From an uncultured Bacillales bacterium (lineage in GTDB: Bacteria > Bacillota_I > Bacilli_A > RFN20 > CAG-288), in the NCBI GenBank assembly GCA_937874465.1, contig CALNAX010000016.1:93177-157176 (forward strand): a stretch of 64,000 nt of DNA. Direction: 5' to 3'. Below the pieces are notes generated by a model, which saw only the letters and a program-made list of their open reading frames with translations, did not search any database and was not told the origin of the DNA. Every line of letters begins with the position of its first letter. Positions within the stretch are counted from its first letter, which is position 1. Shown in pieces: positions 9,623 to 17,597 of this stretch. Both the position numbers and the translations under genes were made by a program.

Positions 9623-10363
9623 ATGGCTGATGTAATTTATGGGAGGATCCCGGTTCTCAATGCCATCAAGGGCGTCAGGAAACCCAAAGAGGTCTATCTG
9701 TTCAAGGATTCACCCGACAAAAGGATTCAATACTCCTGCGTGGAGAACCACGTGAAGTTTTCCTTCCTCGACAAGGGCGCCTTGGATCGTATGGCCAAGA
9801 CCACCAAACACCAGGGAGCGGTCGCCGAAGTCGATGACTTTGGGTATGCTGATTTTGCGGCGGAACTGGAGAAGGCCAAGGCCAAGGGCAATGGGTTGGT
9901 TTTGATGCTTGACGGTCTTGACGATCCGGTCAATCTCGGCAGTGCCATTAGGGCTGCCGGGGCGTTCGCCGTCGATTTCGTGGTCCTTCGCAAGGAACGG
10001 GAAGTGGGAGTGACCCCGATCGTCGTAAAGGTGTCGACCGGGGCGACCGAAATCGTTCCCATCTGCCAGGTCACGAATCTTTCGCAGGCACTCTCCGAAC
10101 TTAAGAAGGCTGGCTTTTGGTCCGTGGCTGCCGCTGGCCAAGGCGAGACCTATTATGACGAATTGGATTATTCCTACCCCACCGTCGTCATCATCGGCAA
10201 TGAAGGATTCGGGATCACCAGTAAGCTGATAAAGGAAGCCGATTTCGTAGCCAAGATTCCGATGCCTGGCCAAGTGCAGTCCTTGAATGCCTCGGTAGCG
10301 GCAGCTGTCTTTTTGGCCGCCGCAACAGAGAGCCGGCGAAAAAGGGAGAATCATTCGAAGTAG
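9623..10363 (+). CDS. SpoU/TrmH-family RNA 2'-O-methyltransferase (RlmB-like)
   Basis: Motifs LVLMLDGLDDPVNLGSAIRAAGAF, IGNEGFGI and VQSLNASVAAAV. Start taken at MADVIYG, which has an AAGGAGGA RBS. The track's 9581 start is an upstream in-frame extension. Confidence 0.75.
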   Translation: MADVIYGRIPVLNAIKGVRKPKEVYLFKDSPDKRIQYSCVENHVKFSFLDKGALDRMAKTTKHQGAVAEVDDFGYADFAAELEKAKAKGNGLVLMLDGLDDPVNLGSAIRAAGAFAVDFVVLRKEREVGVTPIVVKVSTGATEIVPICQVTNLSQALSELKKAGFWSVAAAGQGETYYDELDYSYPTVVIIGNEGFGITSKLIKEADFVAKIPMPGQVQSLNASVAAAVFLAAATESRRKRENHSK

Positions 10364-10427
10364 TGGTTTCACAATGGTGCCGTTCCGGTTAGACTAAGGC
10401 GAAACAAGTGCAAACGGAGGCTGCTTC

Positions 10428-11951
10428 ATGAAAAGAAAGAGGAAGGAAGCAGAGGAAACAGGGGTCGAAGGGGAATCCGCATCGCTCCTCGGAAAGGACT
10501 TGAAGGTCGAAGAGACGAAATCCGACGGCTCTTTTTCCTGGCAGGACCTAAAGGGCCTAATTGCTGCAAAAGACGAAAACGGCCTAAAGAAGATAGTCAA
10601 ATCTTATTCCGAAGTCAGGATTGCCAACGCTTTGGAAGGACTTAGCGTGGCGGATTGCGATTTCTTCTTCGTCGCCGTCGATCTTCCCCAGGCACCCGAC
10701 ATTTTTTCCTACCTTTCCGATAGAAGGAAGATTGCGATTGCGAAGGCGCTCGATCCAAAGAGCCTCTCCCGCCTTATGGAAGGGATGCATTCCGATGACC
10801 TTACTGATTTCGTCGCCGTCCTGCCCAAGGGTCTGACAGACAAGGTATTGGGATCGGCCGACAAGAACAAGAAGCTTACCGTAGAGGATTTCCTCTCCTA
10901 TCCGAAGGACTCTACCGGAGCCATAATGACCTCCGAGTACGTCTCGGTCGGCGCCGAGATGACCTGCAAGGAGGCCTTGGAAAAGGTCAGGCACGATGGC
11001 CCCATCGCCGAGACGGTCCGGACCATATTCGTCCTCGACCAAGACGAGCGGCTTGTGGGTCAGTTCGCCTTGCAGGACCTGCTCTTCGAAAATCCCGATG
11101 TCAAGGTCAAGGACTTCATGATCAAGGACTTCGTATCCGTTCGCGTCACCACCGATCGGGAGGATATGGTCAACGTGGTGAAGGAATACGATGTACCCGT
11201 ACTTCCCGTAGTCGACTCAAAGGGCCGCATGATGGGCATAGTCACCTTCGATGATGCGATGGATGTCGAAGTGAAGCAGGATACCGAGGATGCCCAGAAA
11301 TCGGCCGGCGTGACCCCTACCAACATCCCCTATCTCCAGAACCGGGTCTTGACCATATCGCGATCATACATTCCCTGGTTGATAGTGCTACTGGTTTTGA
11401 ATACCTTTACCGGAATGCTTATCTCCTACTTCGATAACTTGCTTGTCGCCATCCCTCTGTTCACGGCTTTCATACCGGCCATACAGGACACTTCCGGCGA
11501 TTCCGGCGATCAGACCAGTTCCGTGATAATTCGCGAACTGGGCTTGGGCAACATAACGGCCAAGGATTATTGGCGGGTGGTCTGGAAGGAATTCAGGGCC
11601 GCCTTGGTGACGGCACTTATCGTTGCCGTGTTCAACTTCGGCTGGGCCCTAGTCGAGTTATATGGGAATTTCATAGATTCCTCAAGCGCCCAAAATGCTG
11701 CCTTCATAAACCAGTTGGGTGAGAATGTCGCCTTCCCCCTTCTGGCTGGTTTGGTCTCGGTGACGTTCCTTATCTGCATTTTGGTAGGTAAGACCTTTGC
11801 CTGCTCCATGCCCTTTGCGGCCAAAGCCTTGGGAATCGATCCGGCGGTGATGTCGGGGCCCTTGATTGCCTCCATCACCGACATATTCGCCCTGGCAATG
11901 TACCTGGCCATCTCCTTGCCGGTCTTGGCCGGCTTGGGCATCAGTATCTGA
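10428..11951 (+). CDS. mgtE: magnesium transporter MgtE, paralog 1, with a K/E-rich N-terminal extension
   Basis: MgtE N-domain, tandem CBS pair and C-terminal 5-TM domain, with the conserved Asp in TM5 (PAIQDTSGDSGDQ). Confidence 0.85.
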   Translation: MKRKRKEAEETGVEGESASLLGKDLKVEETKSDGSFSWQDLKGLIAAKDENGLKKIVKSYSEVRIANALEGLSVADCDFFFVAVDLPQAPDIFSYLSDRRKIAIAKALDPKSLSRLMEGMHSDDLTDFVAVLPKGLTDKVLGSADKNKKLTVEDFLSYPKDSTGAIMTSEYVSVGAEMTCKEALEKVRHDGPIAETVRTIFVLDQDERLVGQFALQDLLFENPDVKVKDFMIKDFVSVRVTTDREDMVNVVKEYDVPVLPVVDSKGRMMGIVTFDDAMDVEVKQDTEDAQKSAGVTPTNIPYLQNRVLTISRSYIPWLIVLLVLNTFTGMLISYFDNLLVAIPLFTAFIPAIQDTSGDSGDQTSSVIIRELGLGNITAKDYWRVVWKEFRAALVTALIVAVFNFGWALVELYGNFIDSSSAQNAAFINQLGENVAFPLLAGLVSVTFLICILVGKTFACSMPFAAKALGIDPAVMSGPLIASITDIFALAMYLAISLPVLAGLGISI

Positions 11952-11963
11952 GGGGGGTCGTCT

Positions 11964-13439
11964 ATGGAAAACAAAGCTAACGCCGAAATGGTAACCGCCC
12001 CCAAGGAATTCTCCGAATCTTTGGTCATGCGGTTGACTTCCTTGATTGAGAAGGAGGACGCCGTAGGGCTCAAGGAACTGGTGGGCCAGTCAAACCCGGT
12101 CATAGTGGCTAATTCCCTGGCGGTCCTGACCCGTTCCCAAAGGCTTTTCTTCTTCCGGGTCCTGCCCGGGGACTTGACGGCCAATGTCTTCTCCTACCTC
12201 GATTTTGAAGTCCAGCAGGACATCGTGGCCTCCTTCACCGATCAAGAGACCCAAAAAGTCATGTCGCACCTCTCCACCGACGACTTGGTCGACTTCCTCG
12301 ATGACCTTCCCTCGAACCTGGTGACCAAGGTGTTGGCCTCCTGCACCAAGGAGAACCGGGCCTTGATAAACCAACTCCTCAAGTTCAAGCCTGGCACGGC
12401 CGGATCGATAATGACGACGGATTATTTCACCGTCAAGGAAGGGATGGATTGCGGCCAGGCCTTGGTTCATCTCAGGGAAACGGGTCCCAAGGGGGAGAAC
12501 CTTTGGACCGCATTCGTGCTCGATCCCACGCGCAAGCTAATCGGCACCATAAATCTGGACAAACTCCTCTTCGCCGATCCCACAACGCCCTTATCCAACG
12601 TCATGAACGAGGACTTCTCTTTCGCCTATTCGAATACCGACGATGAGAAGGTGGCAAAGATGTTCAATGAGTATGACGTGTCTACCCTGCCCGTGGTCGA
12701 CAGGGAAGGCCGGCTGGTGGGGATTATCACCTTCGACGACGTGATGGACGTCGCCGAGCGCGAGGCCACCGAGGACATCAAGAAATCCTCCGCCGTTTCC
12801 GCAGCCAATACCAAGCCCTACCTCAAGTCGTCGACTTGGGAAATCGCGAAATCGTATTTCATTTGGCTGATTGTGCTCTTGGCCTTGAACACCTTCACGT
12901 CCATGGTCCTGTCTCGCATCCAGAACCAAGTCGTCTTCTCCACCATCCTCCCTCTCCTGATCGCCTTCATCCCCACGCTGAGCGGGACTTGCGGCAACGC
13001 CTCGGATCAGACCACCACGGTGATAATCCGGGAACTCGCCATAGGCAATGTCTCCCCCAAGGACTATAGGAAGGTCTTCTCCAAGGAGATGAGGGCGGCC
13101 TTCGTTACCGCATTGGCTGTGGCCTTGTTTTCCTTTGGCTGGGTGCTTGTGGAACTATACGGCCATATCCTGAAGACCAGTGGCAACAACCTTGGCGAAC
13201 TGCAGTCCCAGGATATAAACACGATATATGTCGCCATAGCCGGATTGATATCCCTGACCTTTGTCGTCTGCATAATGTTTGCCAAGTGGATCGGCATGAG
13301 TCTGCCAATGCTTGCCAAGACCATAAGGATCGATCCGGCCACGATGTCCCAACCGTTGATCTCCAATTTCCTGGACATGGTTTCCATGGCGGTGTTTTTG
13401 GGCTTCTCAATTTTGATAATATCTCCGATGGCGGTCTGA
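11964..13439 (+). CDS. mgtE: magnesium transporter MgtE, paralog 2
   Basis: Same architecture as the upstream gene. Roughly 45% identity by eye. The divalent-cation motif is PTLSGTCGNASDQ. Confidence 0.85.
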   Translation: MENKANAEMVTAPKEFSESLVMRLTSLIEKEDAVGLKELVGQSNPVIVANSLAVLTRSQRLFFFRVLPGDLTANVFSYLDFEVQQDIVASFTDQETQKVMSHLSTDDLVDFLDDLPSNLVTKVLASCTKENRALINQLLKFKPGTAGSIMTTDYFTVKEGMDCGQALVHLRETGPKGENLWTAFVLDPTRKLIGTINLDKLLFADPTTPLSNVMNEDFSFAYSNTDDEKVAKMFNEYDVSTLPVVDREGRLVGIITFDDVMDVAEREATEDIKKSSAVSAANTKPYLKSSTWEIAKSYFIWLIVLLALNTFTSMVLSRIQNQVVFSTILPLLIAFIPTLSGTCGNASDQTTTVIIRELAIGNVSPKDYRKVFSKEMRAAFVTALAVALFSFGWVLVELYGHILKTSGNNLGELQSQDINTIYVAIAGLISLTFVVCIMFAKWIGMSLPMLAKTIRIDPATMSQPLISNFLDMVSMAVFLGFSILIISPMAV

Positions 13440-13479
13440 AAAAGGACTTTTCCCCCTATAACACTTAAGGAGGTTCTTT

Positions 13480-14112
13480 ATGGAAGAGGGAAATCTTTTC
13501 AACATAGGCGAATTCGTCGATGTCTCCTTCAGGGGCGTCGATTGCTCGAAACTTGCCTTGAAGGCCAAGACGGATATGCCTGCCAAGGAGGAACTATACG
13601 GAAGGCTGGCCAATGCCATGGGTCGGCTCCGTTCCCATTATTCCAAACGCTACCCATTCCTGGACGAAAGCGATATCGACTATGGCCTCTTCCTTACCAC
13701 GGAGAGGACCATCGCTGGCTTTAGCCCGGCAAAGGGAAACTTCGTTTACTATTGGAGCAGCTGCGCGAAGCGCTTCATGATGAGCTATGTCGCAAAGGCC
13801 TACTCCCATGTCGATAACGTCAACCGGAACGAAATCGAATTTCACGACTTCCTCTGCCCCAGTACGGAAAGCGATGGCAGGCCCAGTATCGATCCGAGTC
13901 AGGCCCTGGCCAGCGTCACCGAAAACTGCGATGGACAGGAGAAGAGCATCTATGTCCTTTACTTAGCTGGTTACACGGCTGAGGAGACGGCCAAGATGCT
14001 CGACTGCGAATTGGTTCCGGTACGTTCTGCCATAAAGAAGATAAACCGGGAAATAAAGTTGCTAAACAAGGAACGGGCAATTGAAGACAACTTAAGTTCA
14101 TTAAGGGATTAA
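13480..14112 (+). CDS. minimal sigma-70-family RNA polymerase sigma factor (region 2 plus region 4 only; ECF / sigma-H / ComX-like)
   Basis: FSPAKGNFVYYWSSCAKRFMMSYV resembles sigma region 2.2-2.3 (FDPERGxxFSTYAxxWIRQ). The C-terminal EKSIYVLYLAGYTAEETAKMLDCELVPVRSAIKKINREIK is a region-4-like HTH. An AGGAGG RBS is present. Confidence 0.55.
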   Translation: MEEGNLFNIGEFVDVSFRGVDCSKLALKAKTDMPAKEELYGRLANAMGRLRSHYSKRYPFLDESDIDYGLFLTTERTIAGFSPAKGNFVYYWSSCAKRFMMSYVAKAYSHVDNVNRNEIEFHDFLCPSTESDGRPSIDPSQALASVTENCDGQEKSIYVLYLAGYTAEETAKMLDCELVPVRSAIKKINREIKLLNKERAIEDNLSSLRD

Positions 14113-14160
14113 ATGGTAGAATAAAAGAAAGTAATCGGTTTTTGGAGTGGGGGATAGACG

Positions 14161-15156
14161 ATGCCCGAATTGCCTTTGGTTTCCATTGTCGTGCCGGTCT
14201 ATAACGTCGCTGCCTATCTTAACGACTGCCTTTTGCCTTTGGCCGAGCAGAGCATTGCATATCCCTACGAGGTCATCTTGGTCGACGATGGCTCAACCGA
14301 TGAGTCGGGTGAGATATGCGAAGTGTTCAAGAGACGCTATCCAAAAATCTTCGAGGTCATTCATCAGGAAAACCTGGGATTGCCTGTAGCCCGAAACAAG
14401 GGGATATCCATCGCCCGGGGCAGATGGATCGCCTTCGCCGATTCGGATGACATCCCCAGCCGCGATTTTGCCCTGACCCTGTTCCATTGTGTCTCCTCCC
14501 ATCACGAATGCCAGGTCTGCTCGGCCAATTTCTCGATCATTAACGATAGCGGGAAGGTTAGGAGGGCCCCCGGCAAATCGGGGCAAAGCTCCGGCCTGGT
14601 CGCGGCAGGGGACCTCCTTGACGACTACGTCAGAGCCTTTTCCTGGATCAAGTGCGTCAACCACGAATTCCTTAACAGGACAGGCATCAGGTTTTATCCC
14701 TTCCGGGCGATCTTCGAGGATCTGCCTTTCTTCTTCGCCTGCTTCCTCTCTTCCTATGCTGTCGGCTATACCGCCAAGTCAATCTATACTTACCGGGTCC
14801 ACCGCGAAGGGTCCATAACCGAGTCGAGCGGGGATCTGAGGCTTATCGCCCATGTGAATTCCTTCTTCGCCTGCCGAGGCTATGCCGATAGGATCCTGGG
14901 ACCTCAAAAGGGTGCGGCCCTATTTCAAAACAAGCTGAAGAGGCTTAAGATGCTTATAATCCCCGATATGCCATATGCCAAGAAGAAGACGAAGGGGGAC
15001 AGCGGGAGGATAGCCAAGACCAGGACTGCCTATCGCTACCTCAAGCTCCTGGGTGCGGAAGAGCTTCCCGTCTTCGGGGCGCCCTGGGAAAAGGAGACGC
15101 TTTCTTTCGCTGGTTCATTGCCGAATTTCGTAAAATATGACGAGGATAGCATCTGA
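14161..15156 (+). CDS. family 2 glycosyltransferase (soluble, GT-A fold)
   Basis: VSIVVPVYNVAAYL...VILVDDGSTDES...ADSDD (DxD motif). Confidence 0.8.
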   Translation: MPELPLVSIVVPVYNVAAYLNDCLLPLAEQSIAYPYEVILVDDGSTDESGEICEVFKRRYPKIFEVIHQENLGLPVARNKGISIARGRWIAFADSDDIPSRDFALTLFHCVSSHHECQVCSANFSIINDSGKVRRAPGKSGQSSGLVAAGDLLDDYVRAFSWIKCVNHEFLNRTGIRFYPFRAIFEDLPFFFACFLSSYAVGYTAKSIYTYRVHREGSITESSGDLRLIAHVNSFFACRGYADRILGPQKGAALFQNKLKRLKMLIIPDMPYAKKKTKGDSGRIAKTRTAYRYLKLLGAEELPVFGAPWEKETLSFAGSLPNFVKYDEDSI

Positions 15157-15168
15157 GAGGACAGAAAA

Positions 15169-16230
15169 GTGGAAAGCAACGGTTTGGCTGTAGCGATTAT
15201 CGTCCCGTGCCGCAATGTGTCGACAACCATTGCGAAGACGATGAAGGCCCTGATGGAACAGGACTTCGCCTTGCCATACCGGGTCATTGCCGTAAATGAT
15301 GGTTCGAGCGACAACACGCTAGCCATCCTTAAGGCCTTCGAGGACCGTCATCCCGACAAGTTGATCGTCATTTCCCAAGACGCGGGCAATCTCTGCGTGG
15401 CCCGCAATGCTGCAATGCCCCTGGCCTTGGAGGCTGAGTATGTCGGCTTCTCCGACGGAGACGACGTCCCCCATGTTGATTTCATCTCCTCTCTTTATGG
15501 CTTGGCCAAGAGGACCGGGGCCGACTGTGCCTGCATGAATTACCGCATCGTCAAGAACGGCATCGCCAGGGACAACGACCAATTCTTCTCCGGCGAGAAA
15601 GAGATGAGCGGGTTGAGGGCAGCCTATCAGATAATCAAGGACCGCAAGTGCAAGGCCTATGTTTGGAATAAGCTCTTTCGCTCGGAGATGCTTACCAGGA
15701 CCGGAATCGAGTTCCTGGTGGACAGAACCTACTATGAGGATACCGTGTTCTCCTTCCAAAGCTTCTTGCGCAGCAACAAGGTGGCATTCCAAAACAAGCC
15801 GATATACGACTACCTTATAAGGTCCGGCTCCCTCTCCCATACCCCGGATCCCGATGCCTTCGTCATGCATATAAATGCCTATGCCGCTTGCCGCGAATAT
15901 GTCGAGTATTACTATGGCGTACGCATTGCCAAAAGGATGTTCCGCAAGATGCGCTTCACGATGAGGACCAAGGTCTGGGCCGACATCATGACGGCCCATA
16001 CCGTATATCCCATCTCATTGAAGGAGATGTCTAACCTTGCGAGTTCGCTTCTGGGTGACCTGCGCAAGGACCGGATGCCGATCTCCAATCGCCCATGGAA
16101 GAAGTTGGTGGAAGGCCTCCCCCTTTGGGAATTGCCCAAGTTGTCGTCAAGGCCTTCGGACTTTGGAACCAGGGTCAAGCAGGGGCTTGGCCTTGAAAAC
16201 GCTGGGGTCGCCTTATGGAAGAACGCATAA
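15169..16230 (+). CDS. family 2 glycosyltransferase, second paralog
   Basis: VAIIVPCRNVSTTI...VIAVNDGSSDNT...SDGDD (DxD motif). Confidence 0.8.
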   Translation: MESNGLAVAIIVPCRNVSTTIAKTMKALMEQDFALPYRVIAVNDGSSDNTLAILKAFEDRHPDKLIVISQDAGNLCVARNAAMPLALEAEYVGFSDGDDVPHVDFISSLYGLAKRTGADCACMNYRIVKNGIARDNDQFFSGEKEMSGLRAAYQIIKDRKCKAYVWNKLFRSEMLTRTGIEFLVDRTYYEDTVFSFQSFLRSNKVAFQNKPIYDYLIRSGSLSHTPDPDAFVMHINAYAACREYVEYYYGVRIAKRMFRKMRFTMRTKVWADIMTAHTVYPISLKEMSNLASSLLGDLRKDRMPISNRPWKKLVEGLPLWELPKLSSRPSDFGTRVKQGLGLENAGVALWKNA

Positions 16231-17084
16231 GGGATTTCCTTTTCGAGACCTTTGGCCAGAGACCGGCTTCTTTCTCCAAGAGCGATTTTGGGCGGGTCTT
16301 GGTCATCGGCGGAAGCGACCGCTATCCCGATTCTCCCGTCATAGCGGCAAAAGCGGCCTTGAAAACCGGCGTAGGATACGTGGCATTCTGCGAGGACGGC
16401 TTTGCCCACAATCCCCTGCCCGATGAGGTGATCAAGGAAGACTACGCTGAACTGTTCGGCCAAGATGACCAGTCTTTCGCCAAGCGCATCAACAAATATG
16501 GCGCCATCGTCTTCGGCAATGGCATCAGCAATGATCCCAGCCATCGGGAAGGCCTTGGCCGTTTGCTCGAATCGTTCAAGGGGATATTGGTGATAGACGC
16601 CACGGGACTAGATGCCCTAAAGAGCCTTGGCCTTGATAGGCTTAAGGATCCTTCGCTTTTGCCGTATGTGGTAATAACCCCTCATCTAGGTGAATACGCA
16701 AGGCTTTTCGACTTGCCCTATAAGAAGCAAGATGTGTCATTGTTTGCCCCGGAGGAGAAGGCGTTTGCGGACAGACTCAAGATAACGATCTGCCTGAAGG
16801 GTTCCTCGCTGTCGATTGCGGAAGACGGTGAGGAATCCTGCCTTGAGGTCGAAGGCGAGGACCCTTCTTTGGCTAGGGCCGGAACCGGTGACGGCTTGGC
16901 CGGGATCATCGGTGGTCTCGCCGCCTATTCCGATGCCTCCACTTCCTTGATTTGCGCTGCCGGATATTCGTTGCTCTTAATGGCCTCCAAGTATCTCGAA
17001 CGTTGGCAGCAAAGCGGGACGTTCGCCATCAGCGACATAATCGCCGGCATTCCGTTCGCCTTGAGGGAATTCCTGTCTAAATAA
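16215..17084 (+). CDS. stand-alone YjeF C-terminal domain protein (ADP-dependent NAD(P)HX dehydratase / ribokinase-like carbohydrate kinase family)
   Basis: GRVLVIGGSDRYPDSPVIAAKAALKTGVGYV and GTGDGLAGIIGGLAA are YjeF-C signatures. Overlaps the upstream GT2 by 16 nt. Confidence 0.7.
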   Translation: MEERIRDFLFETFGQRPASFSKSDFGRVLVIGGSDRYPDSPVIAAKAALKTGVGYVAFCEDGFAHNPLPDEVIKEDYAELFGQDDQSFAKRINKYGAIVFGNGISNDPSHREGLGRLLESFKGILVIDATGLDALKSLGLDRLKDPSLLPYVVITPHLGEYARLFDLPYKKQDVSLFAPEEKAFADRLKITICLKGSSLSIAEDGEESCLEVEGEDPSLARAGTGDGLAGIIGGLAAYSDASTSLICAAGYSLLLMASKYLERWQQSGTFAISDIIAGIPFALREFLSK

Positions 17085-17538
17085 GGGCAAGGAAGAGGCT
17101 TAGGTTACCGTATACGGATTCCCGGTCCTGACCGAAGCCGGTTTGGGCCTTTATGAACTTTCCATTTCCAAGGGCCGCGATTGCCGGGACCAGTATTTTC
17201 CCCTTTGCTATCGCGGGGTCCTCTTGTGCGAAGGAATCCCTCATCATTAGGAAGAGGCCTTTGCCCTGGCTATCGGAAAGGGCCGCCCTATCGATGAAAT
17301 AGATCCTTTGCTCCCTTTCGTCTTTGATGTATTGTTCGACGAAGGGGAGGGCCTTTTGGCAATACGGGCAACTCTCAAGGGAAAAAATCCATATTTCGGA
17401 AGCATCGTCTTCGACTCTTTCCATGGCTTGTTCGAAAGAGATTCTTCTGCCATTCCGGCTGGTATTTGCGCCCGCATCTATGCACGAACCTAAGGCAAAT
17501 GGCAAGAAGAGCAAGGACATAAAGATTTTCCTTAACAT
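17077..17538 (-). CDS. exported thioredoxin-fold lipoprotein with a CPYC (glutaredoxin/NrdH-type) active site
   Basis: Signal peptide MLRKIFMSLLFLPFALGSC (lipobox LGSC), then ESCPYCQKALPFV. Its 3' end overlaps the convergent YjeF-C gene by 8 nt. Confidence 0.55.
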   Translation of the reverse strand: MLRKIFMSLLFLPFALGSCIDAGANTSRNGRRISFEQAMERVEDDASEIWIFSLESCPYCQKALPFVEQYIKDEREQRIYFIDRAALSDSQGKGLFLMMRDSFAQEDPAIAKGKILVPAIAALGNGKFIKAQTGFGQDRESVYGNLSLFLALI

Positions 17539-17597
17539 GAAAAGGCCTCCCTTATGTTTATGGAGACCTTTTGGTCAACTCAGGCAAAAACAGTCAC

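Noticed and set aside
10364-10427. Checked for an M-box (Mg2+) riboswitch upstream of the first mgtE
   Set aside because: The spacer is only 64 nt, far shorter than the roughly 160-nt M-box, and lacks its conserved segments.
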